Source of the DNA: Alphaproteobacteria bacterium
GTDB taxonomy: Bacteria > Pseudomonadota > Alphaproteobacteria > MPNO01
Assembly: GCA_965248835.1 (NCBI GenBank)
Contig: CBDFLJ010000001.1
Location: 1,696,001 to 1,760,000 of the forward strand
Direction of reading: 5' to 3'
DNA: 64,000 nucleotides
In this document: positions 19,346 through 28,476 of the stretch, in pieces
How positions within the stretch are numbered: the first letter of the stretch is position 1
How the letters are laid out: each line of letters begins with the position of its first letter
Notes under the pieces: generated by a model
The model's input: the letters and a program-made list of their open reading frames with translations, nothing else
Told to the model about the DNA's origin: nothing
Database searches by the model: none
Translations under genes and position numbers: made by a program

Positions 19346-19540
19346 CCTTCCGCATGTTGGTCGGGCGCCTCGCAGCCGCTGGAGCCTGAACGCAGGGGCC
19401 ACGTGTCCCTTCGAACCCGAAGATCTTCAACCCCAAACGCTTGACAACACAAAGCCTGAAAACAGACGCCAAGGGTGTCATGCACCCGCTCGGGCAACGC
19501 CGGTAACTTCGAAAATCACCGAAAGGATGAATAGATCGAG
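19334..19540 (+). mobile_element. IS1380-family 3' remnant with right end
   Basis: Imperfect direct repeat of 21650-21810 (encodes FRMLVGRLAAAGA*), ending in ATGAATAGATCGAG followed by CTA, which resembles the inverse of the left end at 21066. Confidence 0.72.
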
Positions 19541-21034
19541 CTAATGAATGGTTGGTGTGCCAAGCTCGCTCATTGCACTTCCGCTTTCTTGGTCATTGCG
19601 CTTTTCTTCGTCGGTGGGATCTATGATGGGTTCACCATATATTTCTTGAAACTTTTCACGTACTGTCTCTTCCTCCCGGACCCAATCAAACACCGGCCAT
19701 TCGCGGAAATCCGACTTCTTGACCGAGTCTGCCTGAGCTACCCTGGGCATAAGTTCTAAGACGCGTTCGATATTCCCCCGTACGGCCGCGACGCAAATCT
19801 GAAAATCATCTGTTGCCGCTGACCAATCAACCTCCTCTATTACTTCTCTAGCCTTTTCGTCATTTTTCATCTTCTTATAGGCATTTGCCAAATTGACCGT
19901 CATCATCTTTTTGATGCGGTCCGAAGCACTCGGCGTCTGTTTGAACAATGCCAAATCCAGAAGCCTTGCGGCGACGCGAGATTGTCCATCTTTGATCAAT
20001 TCGTAAGTGCGACCATTGAGGCTCTCGTAAGCTGTTTCTCTACTATCCTTGAAGTGCTTTAGCCACAGCACGAACATTAAAGACAAACCAAATTCTAACA
20101 AGCGATCAGACGATCTCCTTAGATAACGCTCATCCAACGAAAGCCTCTCACCATCTTGATTCTCACCCACCTGGAATCCATGTTTGTTGCAGTTTTTGAT
20201 ATAGTGAGTGTTAATAACATAATTGCCGTGCGCAATTAGGTTTCTGCGCTCAAATATTTCTATAAATTCACCCCACTCATCATAATTCTTTCTAATACTT
20301 ATATCTAATTTTTCTTCTACGTACTTGATTTGTTCATGATGGTTGCCGCGCATTAATGTCTCTACCTCATCTTCAATTATTTTTCTTATCACGTCATCAA
20401 ACGACGACATATTCAAAACTTCTTTTACACTAATATTCTTGGAAGATTCAATTACTGGATCAGGCTTGCGTCTAAGCATTATCCTGAGAGTGTCTGCTAT
20501 AAAAGAATCAAACGTTGCGACCAGACTTAACAGGATAGCTCCGGGAAGAACTGTTACGCCCCTGTCAAATTCACGCAAACGCCGGATTTGTGTTTTCACC
20601 GATAGATATTGGTCTACAGTGATTCCGTACGTTTCAAATTGTTGATCTTTATCTACGATCTCAAGGTTCCTGCCCGCGTTTTTGTACATTTCGTTGTGGA
20701 TAAAGTGGGAGCGCAAAGTCGGCATGATGATCATCCCAAACTCCGCCAAGGGTCTATAACTGGACATCGTTTCTTGAAACCGACTCATAAGTTTGGACAA
20801 TTCAACAGAAAGGTCTTGTGGGTATTCTTTGTTTTCCTCATCCGAAACATTCGATTCTGATCCCTCGGTGTCAGAGGCTGGCTCATCATTTGTCGAATCG
20901 CCATCTCCTTGTTCTTTTTTCCATTTTTCGACTTCAGCCTGGCTTGAAACTATGGCCAACGACCGACAGATGTCATGCTCTTGATCCGTCTCGAAACACA
21001 TGTACAGAACGAAACGTTGTTTCTCGTCACCCAT
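19541..21034 (-). CDS. Hypothetical protein with HEPN RxxxxH motif and helical (TPR-like) C-terminus; candidate defence effector
   Basis: Intact AT-rich ORF (track 19541..21061; ATG at 21034 has GGAG upstream). EIFERRNLIAHGN is the HEPN signature. The C-terminus has VNLANAYKKM..KAREVI and FREWPVFDWVR. Confidence 0.72.
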   Translation of the reverse strand: MGDEKQRFVLYMCFETDQEHDICRSLAIVSSQAEVEKWKKEQGDGDSTNDEPASDTEGSESNVSDEENKEYPQDLSVELSKLMSRFQETMSSYRPLAEFGMIIMPTLRSHFIHNEMYKNAGRNLEIVDKDQQFETYGITVDQYLSVKTQIRRLREFDRGVTVLPGAILLSLVATFDSFIADTLRIMLRRKPDPVIESSKNISVKEVLNMSSFDDVIRKIIEDEVETLMRGNHHEQIKYVEEKLDISIRKNYDEWGEFIEIFERRNLIAHGNYVINTHYIKNCNKHGFQVGENQDGERLSLDERYLRRSSDRLLEFGLSLMFVLWLKHFKDSRETAYESLNGRTYELIKDGQSRVAARLLDLALFKQTPSASDRIKKMMTVNLANAYKKMKNDEKAREVIEEVDWSAATDDFQICVAAVRGNIERVLELMPRVAQADSVKKSDFREWPVFDWVREEETVREKFQEIYGEPIIDPTDEEKRNDQESGSAMSELGTPTIH

Positions 21035-21065
21035 GTACGTGATCTCCAGAAAATTGAACACCTAG

Positions 21066-21810
21066 CCTGGATTATTCATCCTGAGCCTGATATTGGGTTA
21101 GCGAACATGACATAATACTTTGTTCTCGTGGAGAAAAACCTTGTCGGAGCGTCTTTCTTCCCAAACAACGAGAACGCCACGCCCGCCATGACCGACGATA
21201 GCCTTCTTCCCTTCGATCTGCCAGCCGTCCGGCGCAAGAAGGTGACAGCAGCCTTCGATGGCTGCTTAATGTCGTCAGACGGCGGCCTGGTGCTGCTGCG
21301 CGAGGCGGAACGCCGCTCGTCCTGGCCGAGGCGCTGGCCGGGTGCAACCGGGTTCGGCTCGACCCGGCGCTGATCAGCCATACACAGGCCGAGATCATGC
21401 ACTTTCGCATGTTCGTGGTCGCCTGCGGCTACGAGGACGACGACGATTGCGACAGCTTGCGGTCGGACCCTCTGTTCAAGCTTGCGGTGGTACGGCCGCC
21501 GGAAAGCGGCCACGAGTTGTGCTCGCAGCCGAGCATGAGCCGGCTTGAGAACATGTCGTCTCGTATCGAGACGGCGCGCATGTTCAAGATCGGCGCCCGC
21601 GTTGTCGAAAAGGCCGCTGGCATCCGTATCCACATCGCCACAGCCTGCCCAGACGCCGCCCTCTTCCGCATGTTGGCAGGCTGCCTCGCAACCGCTGGCC
21701 CCTGAAACCCAGGGGCCGCGTGTCCCTTCGAATCCGACGATCTTCCACCCCAAACGTCTGACAAGACAAAACCCGAGAACAGACACCCAACGGCGTCAGG
21801 CACCCGCTCG
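21066..21810 (+). mobile_element. IS1380-family element remnant (frameshifted, internally deleted transposase)
   Basis: Left end CTAG|CCTGGATTATTCAT. MTDDSLLPFDLPAVRRKKVTAAFDG..SSDGGLVLLREAERR, then ACGYEDDDDCDSLRSDPLFKLA..LCSQPSMSRLEN joined directly to the C-terminal KIGARVVEKAAGIRIHIATACPDA. The DDE core is missing. Confidence 0.88.
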
Positions 21811-21834
21811 CGCCGCGGCGGCGATGCGCCGGCC

Positions 21835-22581
21835 TCAGTTCGGGAAGTCAAAATAGGTGTCCGGGTAGGGTTCTTCCCGCAGGGTGAAGTGCCACCATTC
21901 CTGGGCGTAGGGCGCAAAACCGCTCGCGGTCATCAGGCTTTGCAGCAACGCGCGGTTGGCCCGCTGCTGGGGCGAGACCCCGGCGCTGTCCGGCCAGGAG
22001 ATCGGGCCGAAAAAGTCGAACCGGGAACCCATGTCGAGCGCGCGGGTCGACCCGTCCTGGTCTGGATAGACGATGGTGACGTCCACCGTGCTCCCGCGCG
22101 AATGGCTCGACCGGCTGGCGATATAGCCCTCTTCGAACAAATCCTCCTTGGCGACATCGGGGTAGTAGACCGGCTTGGTGCGTTGATCGTCGAGCGCCTT
22201 GCCCCAACGGACGAAGTGATCGACCGCGCGTTGCGGCCGGTAGGCATCGAAGAGCTTGAGCCCGAGACCGAACGGACGCAGCCTGTCCTGGACCTCCGCA
22301 AGCGCCGCCGCGGCCGGGGCCGACAGGATCGCATGGGCATGCCGGTATCCGTCGATCGGCCGGCCGACGAAGTTGTCGCCGGTGAGGTAGCGCAGATCGA
22401 CCACCAGGTCCGGGATCGCCTGGTCGAGATAGACGAAGCCGTCCGGCAGGGGATGGCGGTCCGAAGCGGCGCCGACCGCCGCGACGGCCGCGACCAGCGA
22501 CGCGGCAAAGACGGCAAAGAGGGTCTTCAGAGCTTTCTTCGTCACGGTCGTGGGACCCTGTCCGGCTTTCAACCGCGCCAT
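21835..22581 (-). CDS. ddpX: D-alanyl-D-alanine dipeptidase (VanX/DdpX, peptidase M15D) with signal peptide
   Basis: DLRY..NFVG, FDAYRPQRA, SSHSRGSTVD, DMG, EWWHF. Start uncertain (22581 or GTG 22545). Confidence 0.88.
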   Translation of the reverse strand: MARLKAGQGPTTVTKKALKTLFAVFAASLVAAVAAVGAASDRHPLPDGFVYLDQAIPDLVVDLRYLTGDNFVGRPIDGYRHAHAILSAPAAAALAEVQDRLRPFGLGLKLFDAYRPQRAVDHFVRWGKALDDQRTKPVYYPDVAKEDLFEEGYIASRSSHSRGSTVDVTIVYPDQDGSTRALDMGSRFDFFGPISWPDSAGVSPQQRANRALLQSLMTASGFAPYAQEWWHFTLREEPYPDTYFDFPN

Positions 22582-22710
22582 GTTCGCGCCCACTGTAGCG
22601 TCCGGCCCCAGGCCCGTCATCGCAGCACGGCGCGCCTGCGGGTTCAATGCATTGCCCGCGCGCGGCGAGTCGGGCACCATCGGGCCGATCGAGACCGGGA
22701 GGCCCAGCCG

Positions 22711-23484
22711 ATGCCAGAAGGAACCATGATTGCCGCGCGCGAGTCCGACGTCTCCGAAGCCGAGTGGGAGACCCGCGTCAACCTTGCCGCCGCGTTCCGC
22801 ATCGCCCATCACCTGGGCTGGAACAACACCATCCGCAACCACATCACCGCCCGGGTGCCCGACGCGCCCGATGCGTTCCTGATGAACCCGATGGGGCTGG
22901 GCTGGCACGAGGTGACGGCCTCCTCGCTCTTGAAGATCGCCTTGGACGGCACCGTGCTGACGCCTGCCGCGCTCGCGCCCGCGCCGGCCGGGCTCAATTT
23001 CCATTCGGCGATCCTGCGGGCAAAGCCGGGCCTTGCCTGCACGCTCCATGTCCACCCGCTGGACGGTGTCGTGGTCTCGGCGACCCGGCAGGGGCTGATC
23101 CATGTCGACCAGGGCGGCTGCTCGCTCTACGGCGAAGTGGCCTATCACGACTTCGAAGGCATCGCCCAGGAAGAGGACGAGGGCCCCAGGATCGTCGCCG
23201 ATCTCGGCGACAAGCAAGCGATGATCATGTGGAATCACGGCCTGCTGAGCGTCGGCCGAACGATCGGCGAAGCGTTCTCGACCATGGTCCGGCTGACCAC
23301 GGCATGCACGCTCCAGGTCAAGCTGATGGCCGCCGGCGCCGATATCCGGCACCTGCCGGAGGACATCGTCAAACACACCCACGCCCAGATGGCGGCCCGC
23401 CGGGGCAACAAGCCCGAAGGGGAGCTCGACTGGCAGATGTACCTGCGCCTGGCCGATCAGCTCGATCCCGGCTTCCGGACCTGA
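22711..23484 (+). CDS. Class II aldolase/adducin family protein
   Basis: RVNLAAAFR, NHITARVP, EVTASSLLK, FHSAI, LHVH, NHGLL. Confidence 0.9.
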   Translation: MPEGTMIAARESDVSEAEWETRVNLAAAFRIAHHLGWNNTIRNHITARVPDAPDAFLMNPMGLGWHEVTASSLLKIALDGTVLTPAALAPAPAGLNFHSAILRAKPGLACTLHVHPLDGVVVSATRQGLIHVDQGGCSLYGEVAYHDFEGIAQEEDEGPRIVADLGDKQAMIMWNHGLLSVGRTIGEAFSTMVRLTTACTLQVKLMAAGADIRHLPEDIVKHTHAQMAARRGNKPEGELDWQMYLRLADQLDPGFRT

Positions 23485-23512
23485 TCGACGCCCGGCCGCG
23501 CCGGCGCGCGCC

Positions 23513-24718
23513 TCAGCCGCGGAAAACCGGTGAGCGCGCGACCCAGACGGCCAGCAGGCCGATCGCGATGATGCCTGTCGCGCCCATCAGGTAGAAGGCG
23601 TTCTCCAGCCCGGCCACCTCGGCGATGGCGCCCATCGCCAGCGGGACCAGCGCCCCGCCAAGCCGGTTGAAGGTGATCCTGAGAGCAGCGACGCGCCCCT
23701 GCAGGTCGGGCCCGACGGCGCGTGCGGCGATCGACATCATCAGTGGCAGGTTGATCCCCTGGCCGACGCCGCGCAGCGCGATCGCAACGATCAGCAGCGC
23801 GTAGGTGCCGAGCAGCGGTGTGATGGCGATGGCGGCGATCGCGACCACGATCATCGCGATCAGCAGCCAGTGGTCGGCAATCAGGCCGGTGAGCCTTCCC
23901 AGGCTGAGCGCGGAGAGCGCCGCGGCCGCGCTCGAGATGCCGATCAGGAACCCGATCGTGCCGGCCTCGAAGCCGATCTCCTTCAGCCACACGCCGTAGA
24001 ACGACGCCTGGATGCCGGTCCCGGTCTGGCGCACGAAAGTCGCCAGGATCACCAGCGCCACCGCCGGCAGGATCAGGAGCCGGAAAGCGCTGGCGTAGTC
24101 CGACAGCCTGGGCATCAGGCTGGCGGTCCGCGCGGCGGGCGCCTCGGCCGCCGGTGCCTCCGCCTGCGCCGGCAGGGGCTCGGTTCGCGGCAGGAACATC
24201 ACCGCGCCGGCGCCCGCCAGCACCCATAGCGCCAGCATGGCGAACGCGCCGGCGGGTCCGACGAACTGCCAGACCAGGCCGACCATCCAGGGGCCGATGA
24301 ACCCGCCGGTCCGCGCCGCCGCGGTCAGCCGCCCGGCGTAGAGCGCCCGGCCGCGCAGCACCCGACCGAACATCGCCTGGGCGCCGATCCAGTTGGTAGT
24401 CTCCGCGAAGCCCGAGATCATCTGCAGCGCGACCGCCGCCCAGAGGAACGGCATCGCCGGGAACAACGCAAACGAGACCGCTGCGGTGACCGCCAGCAGC
24501 ACCATCACCCGGTGCGGCCGCCCGCGGTCGAGCAGCGCCCCGCCATAGATCGACAGCGTGACCACCAGGAACTGGCGGGACGCGATGACCAGCCCGATCA
24601 GGAACGGCGAGTCGGTCAGCTCCAGCGCCCACAGCGGCATCACGACGGAGGCCATCGGCATGATGTTGCCGTAACAGAACGCCAAGGCGTAGACCGGCGC
24701 CTGGATGCGACCCGATAT
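23513..24718 (-). CDS. MFS transporter (start codon uncertain)
   Basis: About 12 hydrophobic segments, GGALLDRGRPHR loop motif, QGRVAALR. The first ATG is at 24661, inside predicted TM1. Confidence 0.82.
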   Translation of the reverse strand: MSGRIQAPVYALAFCYGNIMPMASVVMPLWALELTDSPFLIGLVIASRQFLVVTLSIYGGALLDRGRPHRVMVLLAVTAAVSFALFPAMPFLWAAVALQMISGFAETTNWIGAQAMFGRVLRGRALYAGRLTAAARTGGFIGPWMVGLVWQFVGPAGAFAMLALWVLAGAGAVMFLPRTEPLPAQAEAPAAEAPAARTASLMPRLSDYASAFRLLILPAVALVILATFVRQTGTGIQASFYGVWLKEIGFEAGTIGFLIGISSAAAALSALSLGRLTGLIADHWLLIAMIVVAIAAIAITPLLGTYALLIVAIALRGVGQGINLPLMMSIAARAVGPDLQGRVAALRITFNRLGGALVPLAMGAIAEVAGLENAFYLMGATGIIAIGLLAVWVARSPVFRG

Positions 24719-24755
24719 CGGCTGCGGGGCGGCGCCGGTCGGGTCGGAAGATCCT

Positions 24756-26165
24756 CTAGAAGAACTGGAGATAGCGCTCGCGCTCCCAATCGGAGACGTG
24801 GTTGAGGTAGCCGAGCCATTCCTGGCGCTTGTAGGCGAGCCAGGCATCGTACATCGCCTCGCCGAAGACCGCCTTGGCCAGCGGGTCGGCTTCGAATTCA
24901 TCCAGCGCCTCGGCGAGCGTGCGGGGCAGCATCTCGATGCCGGCGGCGGCGAGCTCCTGCGGGGTCTTCTCGTACATGTTGTCCGCGTGCGGCGCGCCGG
25001 GATCGAGGTCCTCCTCGATCCCGGCCAAGCCCGCGGCCAGCACCATCGCCGCACCGAGATAGGGGTTGCACATCGGGTCGGTCGCGCGCAGTTCGACCCG
25101 ATCGCCGGACAGCGGGATGCGGAGCGTGTTGGTCCGGTTATTGCCGCCATAGCAGCGGAACACCGGCGCCCAGGTATAGCCCGACATCGAGCCTTGGAGG
25201 ATCAGCCGCTTGTAGCTGTTCACGCTGGGAGCCGCCACCGCGACGATCGCCGGCAGGTGGCGCAACAGGCCGGCGATGAACTTGTAGCCCAGCTCCGACA
25301 TACCGCAGCCGCGCGGATCGGCCGGATCGCCGAACAGGTTGCGCCCGTCTTCGATGGCGTACACCGACATGTTGTAGTGTGAGCCGCTGCCCGAGTAGTT
25401 CATCATCGGCTTGGGCATGAAGCTCGCGAAATAGCCGTGCGTGCGGGCGATCTCGTCGGCCAGACGGCGGAAGAAGACGAACCGGTCGGCCATCACCAGC
25501 GCATCGGCATAGGCGAAGTCGACCTCGAACTGGCCGATTCCGTCCTCGTGGTCGAAGGAAAAGACATCCCAGCCGCAGCCGTTCATCGCCTCGACCAGCT
25601 CGCCCATCCAATGCAGGTTGTCGAGCAGGCGCGAGACGTCGTAGGCCGGCTTGGCGAGATGGACCTTGCTGCTGACCGGAGAGAAGCCGCCGTCCTCGTC
25701 CTGGGCGAAGACGAAGAACTCCGCTTCCATGCCGAGATTCATCCCGAAGCCGGCCGCGGCGGCGCGCGCGCGGACCCGCTCCAGGATGTTGCGGCTGCAC
25801 GCCTCGAACGGCGCGCCTCGGCACATCAGGTTGGAGGCGAACCAGGCGACATCGGGCTGCCAGGGCAGGATCAGGCAAGACCGGGGATCGGGGTGGGAGG
25901 CGACCTCCTCCTCGCTGACGTCCTGGGGGACGCCGTCGAGCGCGGCCCCGGTGAACAGCTCCGAGCCCGCCATCATCTGGTCGAAATGGCTGATCGGCAC
26001 CATCTTCGCCTTGGAGGCGCCGTGCATGTCGACATAGCTCGGCAGCAGGAACCGGACCCCGCGCTCGGCAAGCTCGGCCGCAAGCGCTGCCCTGTCGCCG
26101 TCTTCGGCCGCCGCTGGTCGGAAGGGAAGGGCGCCCCCGGCGCCTGAGGCTGTCGTCGTGTTCAC
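24756..26165 (-). CDS. glnT: Type III glutamate-ammonia ligase (GlnT/GmaS-like gamma-glutamyl-amide ligase)
   Basis: YVDMHGASKAKMVP, GMEAEFF, DHEDGIGQFE, FMPKP, SVNSYKRL, NNRT, ELR..DPMCNPYL. GTG start with GGAGG. Confidence 0.85.
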   Translation of the reverse strand: MNTTTASGAGGALPFRPAAAEDGDRAALAAELAERGVRFLLPSYVDMHGASKAKMVPISHFDQMMAGSELFTGAALDGVPQDVSEEEVASHPDPRSCLILPWQPDVAWFASNLMCRGAPFEACSRNILERVRARAAAAGFGMNLGMEAEFFVFAQDEDGGFSPVSSKVHLAKPAYDVSRLLDNLHWMGELVEAMNGCGWDVFSFDHEDGIGQFEVDFAYADALVMADRFVFFRRLADEIARTHGYFASFMPKPMMNYSGSGSHYNMSVYAIEDGRNLFGDPADPRGCGMSELGYKFIAGLLRHLPAIVAVAAPSVNSYKRLILQGSMSGYTWAPVFRCYGGNNRTNTLRIPLSGDRVELRATDPMCNPYLGAAMVLAAGLAGIEEDLDPGAPHADNMYEKTPQELAAAGIEMLPRTLAEALDEFEADPLAKAVFGEAMYDAWLAYKRQEWLGYLNHVSDWERERYLQFF

Positions 26166-26305
26166 CGCGGTTCCTCCTGGATTATTGTTTTGGCATTTCA
26201 AATAATTAGCCTTTCCCGGCCGGTGCAATCAAGCCTTGCTTCGCGCCCGTGCGGGCGGCACGATTGCGCTGCGGGCCACGGCCCACGGCAAAGCGGAGGC
26301 GGACG

Positions 26306-27337
26306 ATGTATTTGAACCGGGCATGGTATGTCGCGGCGTGGGACCACGAGATCACCCGCACGCCGCTGCCGCGGATGCTGCTGGAGCGTCCCATCGTCTT
26401 CTGGCGGACCGGGGACGGACGCGCCGTGGCGATGGACGACCGTTGCTGCCACCGCCACGCGCCGCTTTCCGCCGGCAGCGTGATCGGCGATACCATCCGA
26501 TGCGGCTATCACGGCCTGGTGTTCGATGCGGCCGGCCAGTGCGTCGAGGTGCCGAGCCAGACGCGCATCCCGCCGGGCGCGCGGGTCCGCAGCTATCCGC
26601 TGGTCGAGAAGAACCGCTGGGTCTGGATCTGGATGGGCGAGGCCGAGTTGGCCGACGAAAGCCTGATCCCGGACATCTACTGGCACGATTCGCCGGACTG
26701 GGCGGCGGTCGGCGACCGTTACCACGTCAAGTGCAACTACCAGGCTCTGGTGGACATCCAGCTCGACAACACCCATTCGCGCTTCGTCCACCCGACCACG
26801 CTGGGCAACGCGGGCTCGCTGCGCCACGACCCGAAGGTCGAGCGCGACGGCGAACTGCTCCACAACGCCCGGCGCATGCGCGACAGCGATCCGCCGCCGC
26901 TGATCGCCGAGGCGGCCGGCTTCGAAGGCAACGGCGACGTCTGGGTGACCTGGACCTATCGTCCGCGCGCCGGGCTGATCACCTTCGATTCCGGCATCGC
27001 CCCGCTCGGCAGCGCTGTCTTCGAGGGAGACCGCAGCCAGGCCTTCAACATCTTCAACAGCCACGGGATCACGCCGGAGACCGCGGACACCTGCCACCAT
27101 TTCTGGATGTCGGCGAGGGACTTCGCGCTCGACGACGCGGCGGTGACCGAAACGCTGGCGGCGATCCGCGACACGTTCCTGGAGGACGTCGCGATGGTCG
27201 AGGCCCAGCAGCGCTCGATCGCGACCGACCCCGATGCGCCTTCGATCGACGTCAACGCCGATCAGCCGACGATCCAGGCCCGCAGCCTGATGGACCGGCT
27301 GATCCGGATGCAGACCGGCCTGGCCGCGACCGGTTGA
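26306..27337 (+). CDS. Rieske non-heme iron oxygenase, VanA-like demethylase subunit
   Basis: WYVAAW, CCHRHAPLS..CGYHG Rieske motif, DNTHSRFVH, EDVAMVEAQQ, DQPTIQAR. Confidence 0.9.
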   Translation: MYLNRAWYVAAWDHEITRTPLPRMLLERPIVFWRTGDGRAVAMDDRCCHRHAPLSAGSVIGDTIRCGYHGLVFDAAGQCVEVPSQTRIPPGARVRSYPLVEKNRWVWIWMGEAELADESLIPDIYWHDSPDWAAVGDRYHVKCNYQALVDIQLDNTHSRFVHPTTLGNAGSLRHDPKVERDGELLHNARRMRDSDPPPLIAEAAGFEGNGDVWVTWTYRPRAGLITFDSGIAPLGSAVFEGDRSQAFNIFNSHGITPETADTCHHFWMSARDFALDDAAVTETLAAIRDTFLEDVAMVEAQQRSIATDPDAPSIDVNADQPTIQARSLMDRLIRMQTGLAATG

Positions 27338-27349
27338 CGCCGCGGCGTC

Positions 27350-28459
27350 ATGACCGTCCCGCCGCCGCCATACCGCGCCGAACATATCGGCTCGTTGCTG
27401 CGCCCCGAGGCCCTGCGCGAAAGCTTCCGCCTTCTGTCCAGGGGCGAGATCGACCGGTCCGCATTCCGGGCGATCCAGGACGAATGCATCCGCGAGGCCG
27501 TGGCGATGCAGGAGGCGATCGGCTTCCGGGTGGTCTCCGACGGCGAGTTCCGCCGGACCACCTATATCTCCCATTTCGTCGATTCGGTCGACGGGCTCGA
27601 CTTCGCGCCGTCCTCCTTCCGGTTCTACGAGGACGACCGCACCGCACACGAATTCGTCGCGCCGCGGGCCACGGGAAAGCTCAAGCGGGTCAGATCCAAC
27701 GCGGGCGAGGAGTTCGATTTCCTCAACTCGGTGACCGCCAGGATGCCCAAATCGACCCTGCCGTCGCCGGCGACGATGCATTTCCTGGCCGGGGCCGACC
27801 CGCCGCCGGCCGAAATCTACCCGCAGGAGGAAGACTTCTTCGCCGACCTCGCGGCCTGCTACCGCGAGGACATCGCCGATCTCGCCGCGCGCGGCGCCCG
27901 CTACGTCCAGATCGACGACGTCCCGTTCGCGATGCTGTGCGATGCCTCTCTGCGCGCCCAGCTCGCCGCGCGCGGGCGCGATCCCGAAGCCCTGCTGGAG
28001 ATCTATATCGACCTGACCAACGCGGCGCTCGCCGGCCGGCCGCCGGACATGACCGCGGCGCTGCATATCTGCCGCGGCAACCTCAAGGGGACCTGGTTGT
28101 CCGAGGGCGGCTACGACGCGGTCGCGGAGAAGCTGTTCGCACGGCTGGAAGTGGATGCCTTCTTCCTCGAATACGACACCGGGCGGGCCGGCGACTTTTC
28201 GCCGCTGGCCGCGATGCCCGAGGACAAGCACGTCGTCCTGGGGCTGATCAGCAGCAAGGTCCCGCTGCTGGAAGACATCGACGGGCTCGCCGCGAGGATC
28301 GCCGATGCCGCCCGCTACGTCCCGCTGGAGCGGCTTTCGATCAGCCCGCAATGCGGCTTTTCGTCCGCGGTGGTCGGCAACCCGGTCACCCCCGACGACC
28401 AGCGCGCCAAGCTGGCGCTGGTGATCGAGACCGCGCGCCGCGTCTGGGGCGGGCAATAG
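27350..28459 (+). CDS. Cobalamin-independent methionine synthase II family (MetE C-terminal-like, Zn-thiolate alkyltransferase)
   Basis: RAEHIGSLLRP, DGEFRR, HICRGN, FLEYD, SPQCGFSS. Confidence 0.9.
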   Translation: MTVPPPPYRAEHIGSLLRPEALRESFRLLSRGEIDRSAFRAIQDECIREAVAMQEAIGFRVVSDGEFRRTTYISHFVDSVDGLDFAPSSFRFYEDDRTAHEFVAPRATGKLKRVRSNAGEEFDFLNSVTARMPKSTLPSPATMHFLAGADPPPAEIYPQEEDFFADLAACYREDIADLAARGARYVQIDDVPFAMLCDASLRAQLAARGRDPEALLEIYIDLTNAALAGRPPDMTAALHICRGNLKGTWLSEGGYDAVAEKLFARLEVDAFFLEYDTGRAGDFSPLAAMPEDKHVVLGLISSKVPLLEDIDGLAARIADAARYVPLERLSISPQCGFSSAVVGNPVTPDDQRAKLALVIETARRVWGGQ

Positions 28460-28476
28460 ATGCTGCCCCGTGTGCG

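Noticed and set aside
21835-22581. Vancomycin-resistance cluster
   Set aside because: Only a lone vanX-like gene; no vanH/vanA/vanRS.
26170-26300. Possible sigma54 (-24/-12) promoter between glnT and the Rieske gene
   Set aside because: The GG-N10-GC spacing is not satisfied in the candidates examined.
26236-28476. Apparent 1088-aa fusion ending in the ferredoxin reductase
   Set aside because: The upstream part is an Arg/Pro-rich off-frame reading of the Rieske and MetE-like genes; the real start is 28477.
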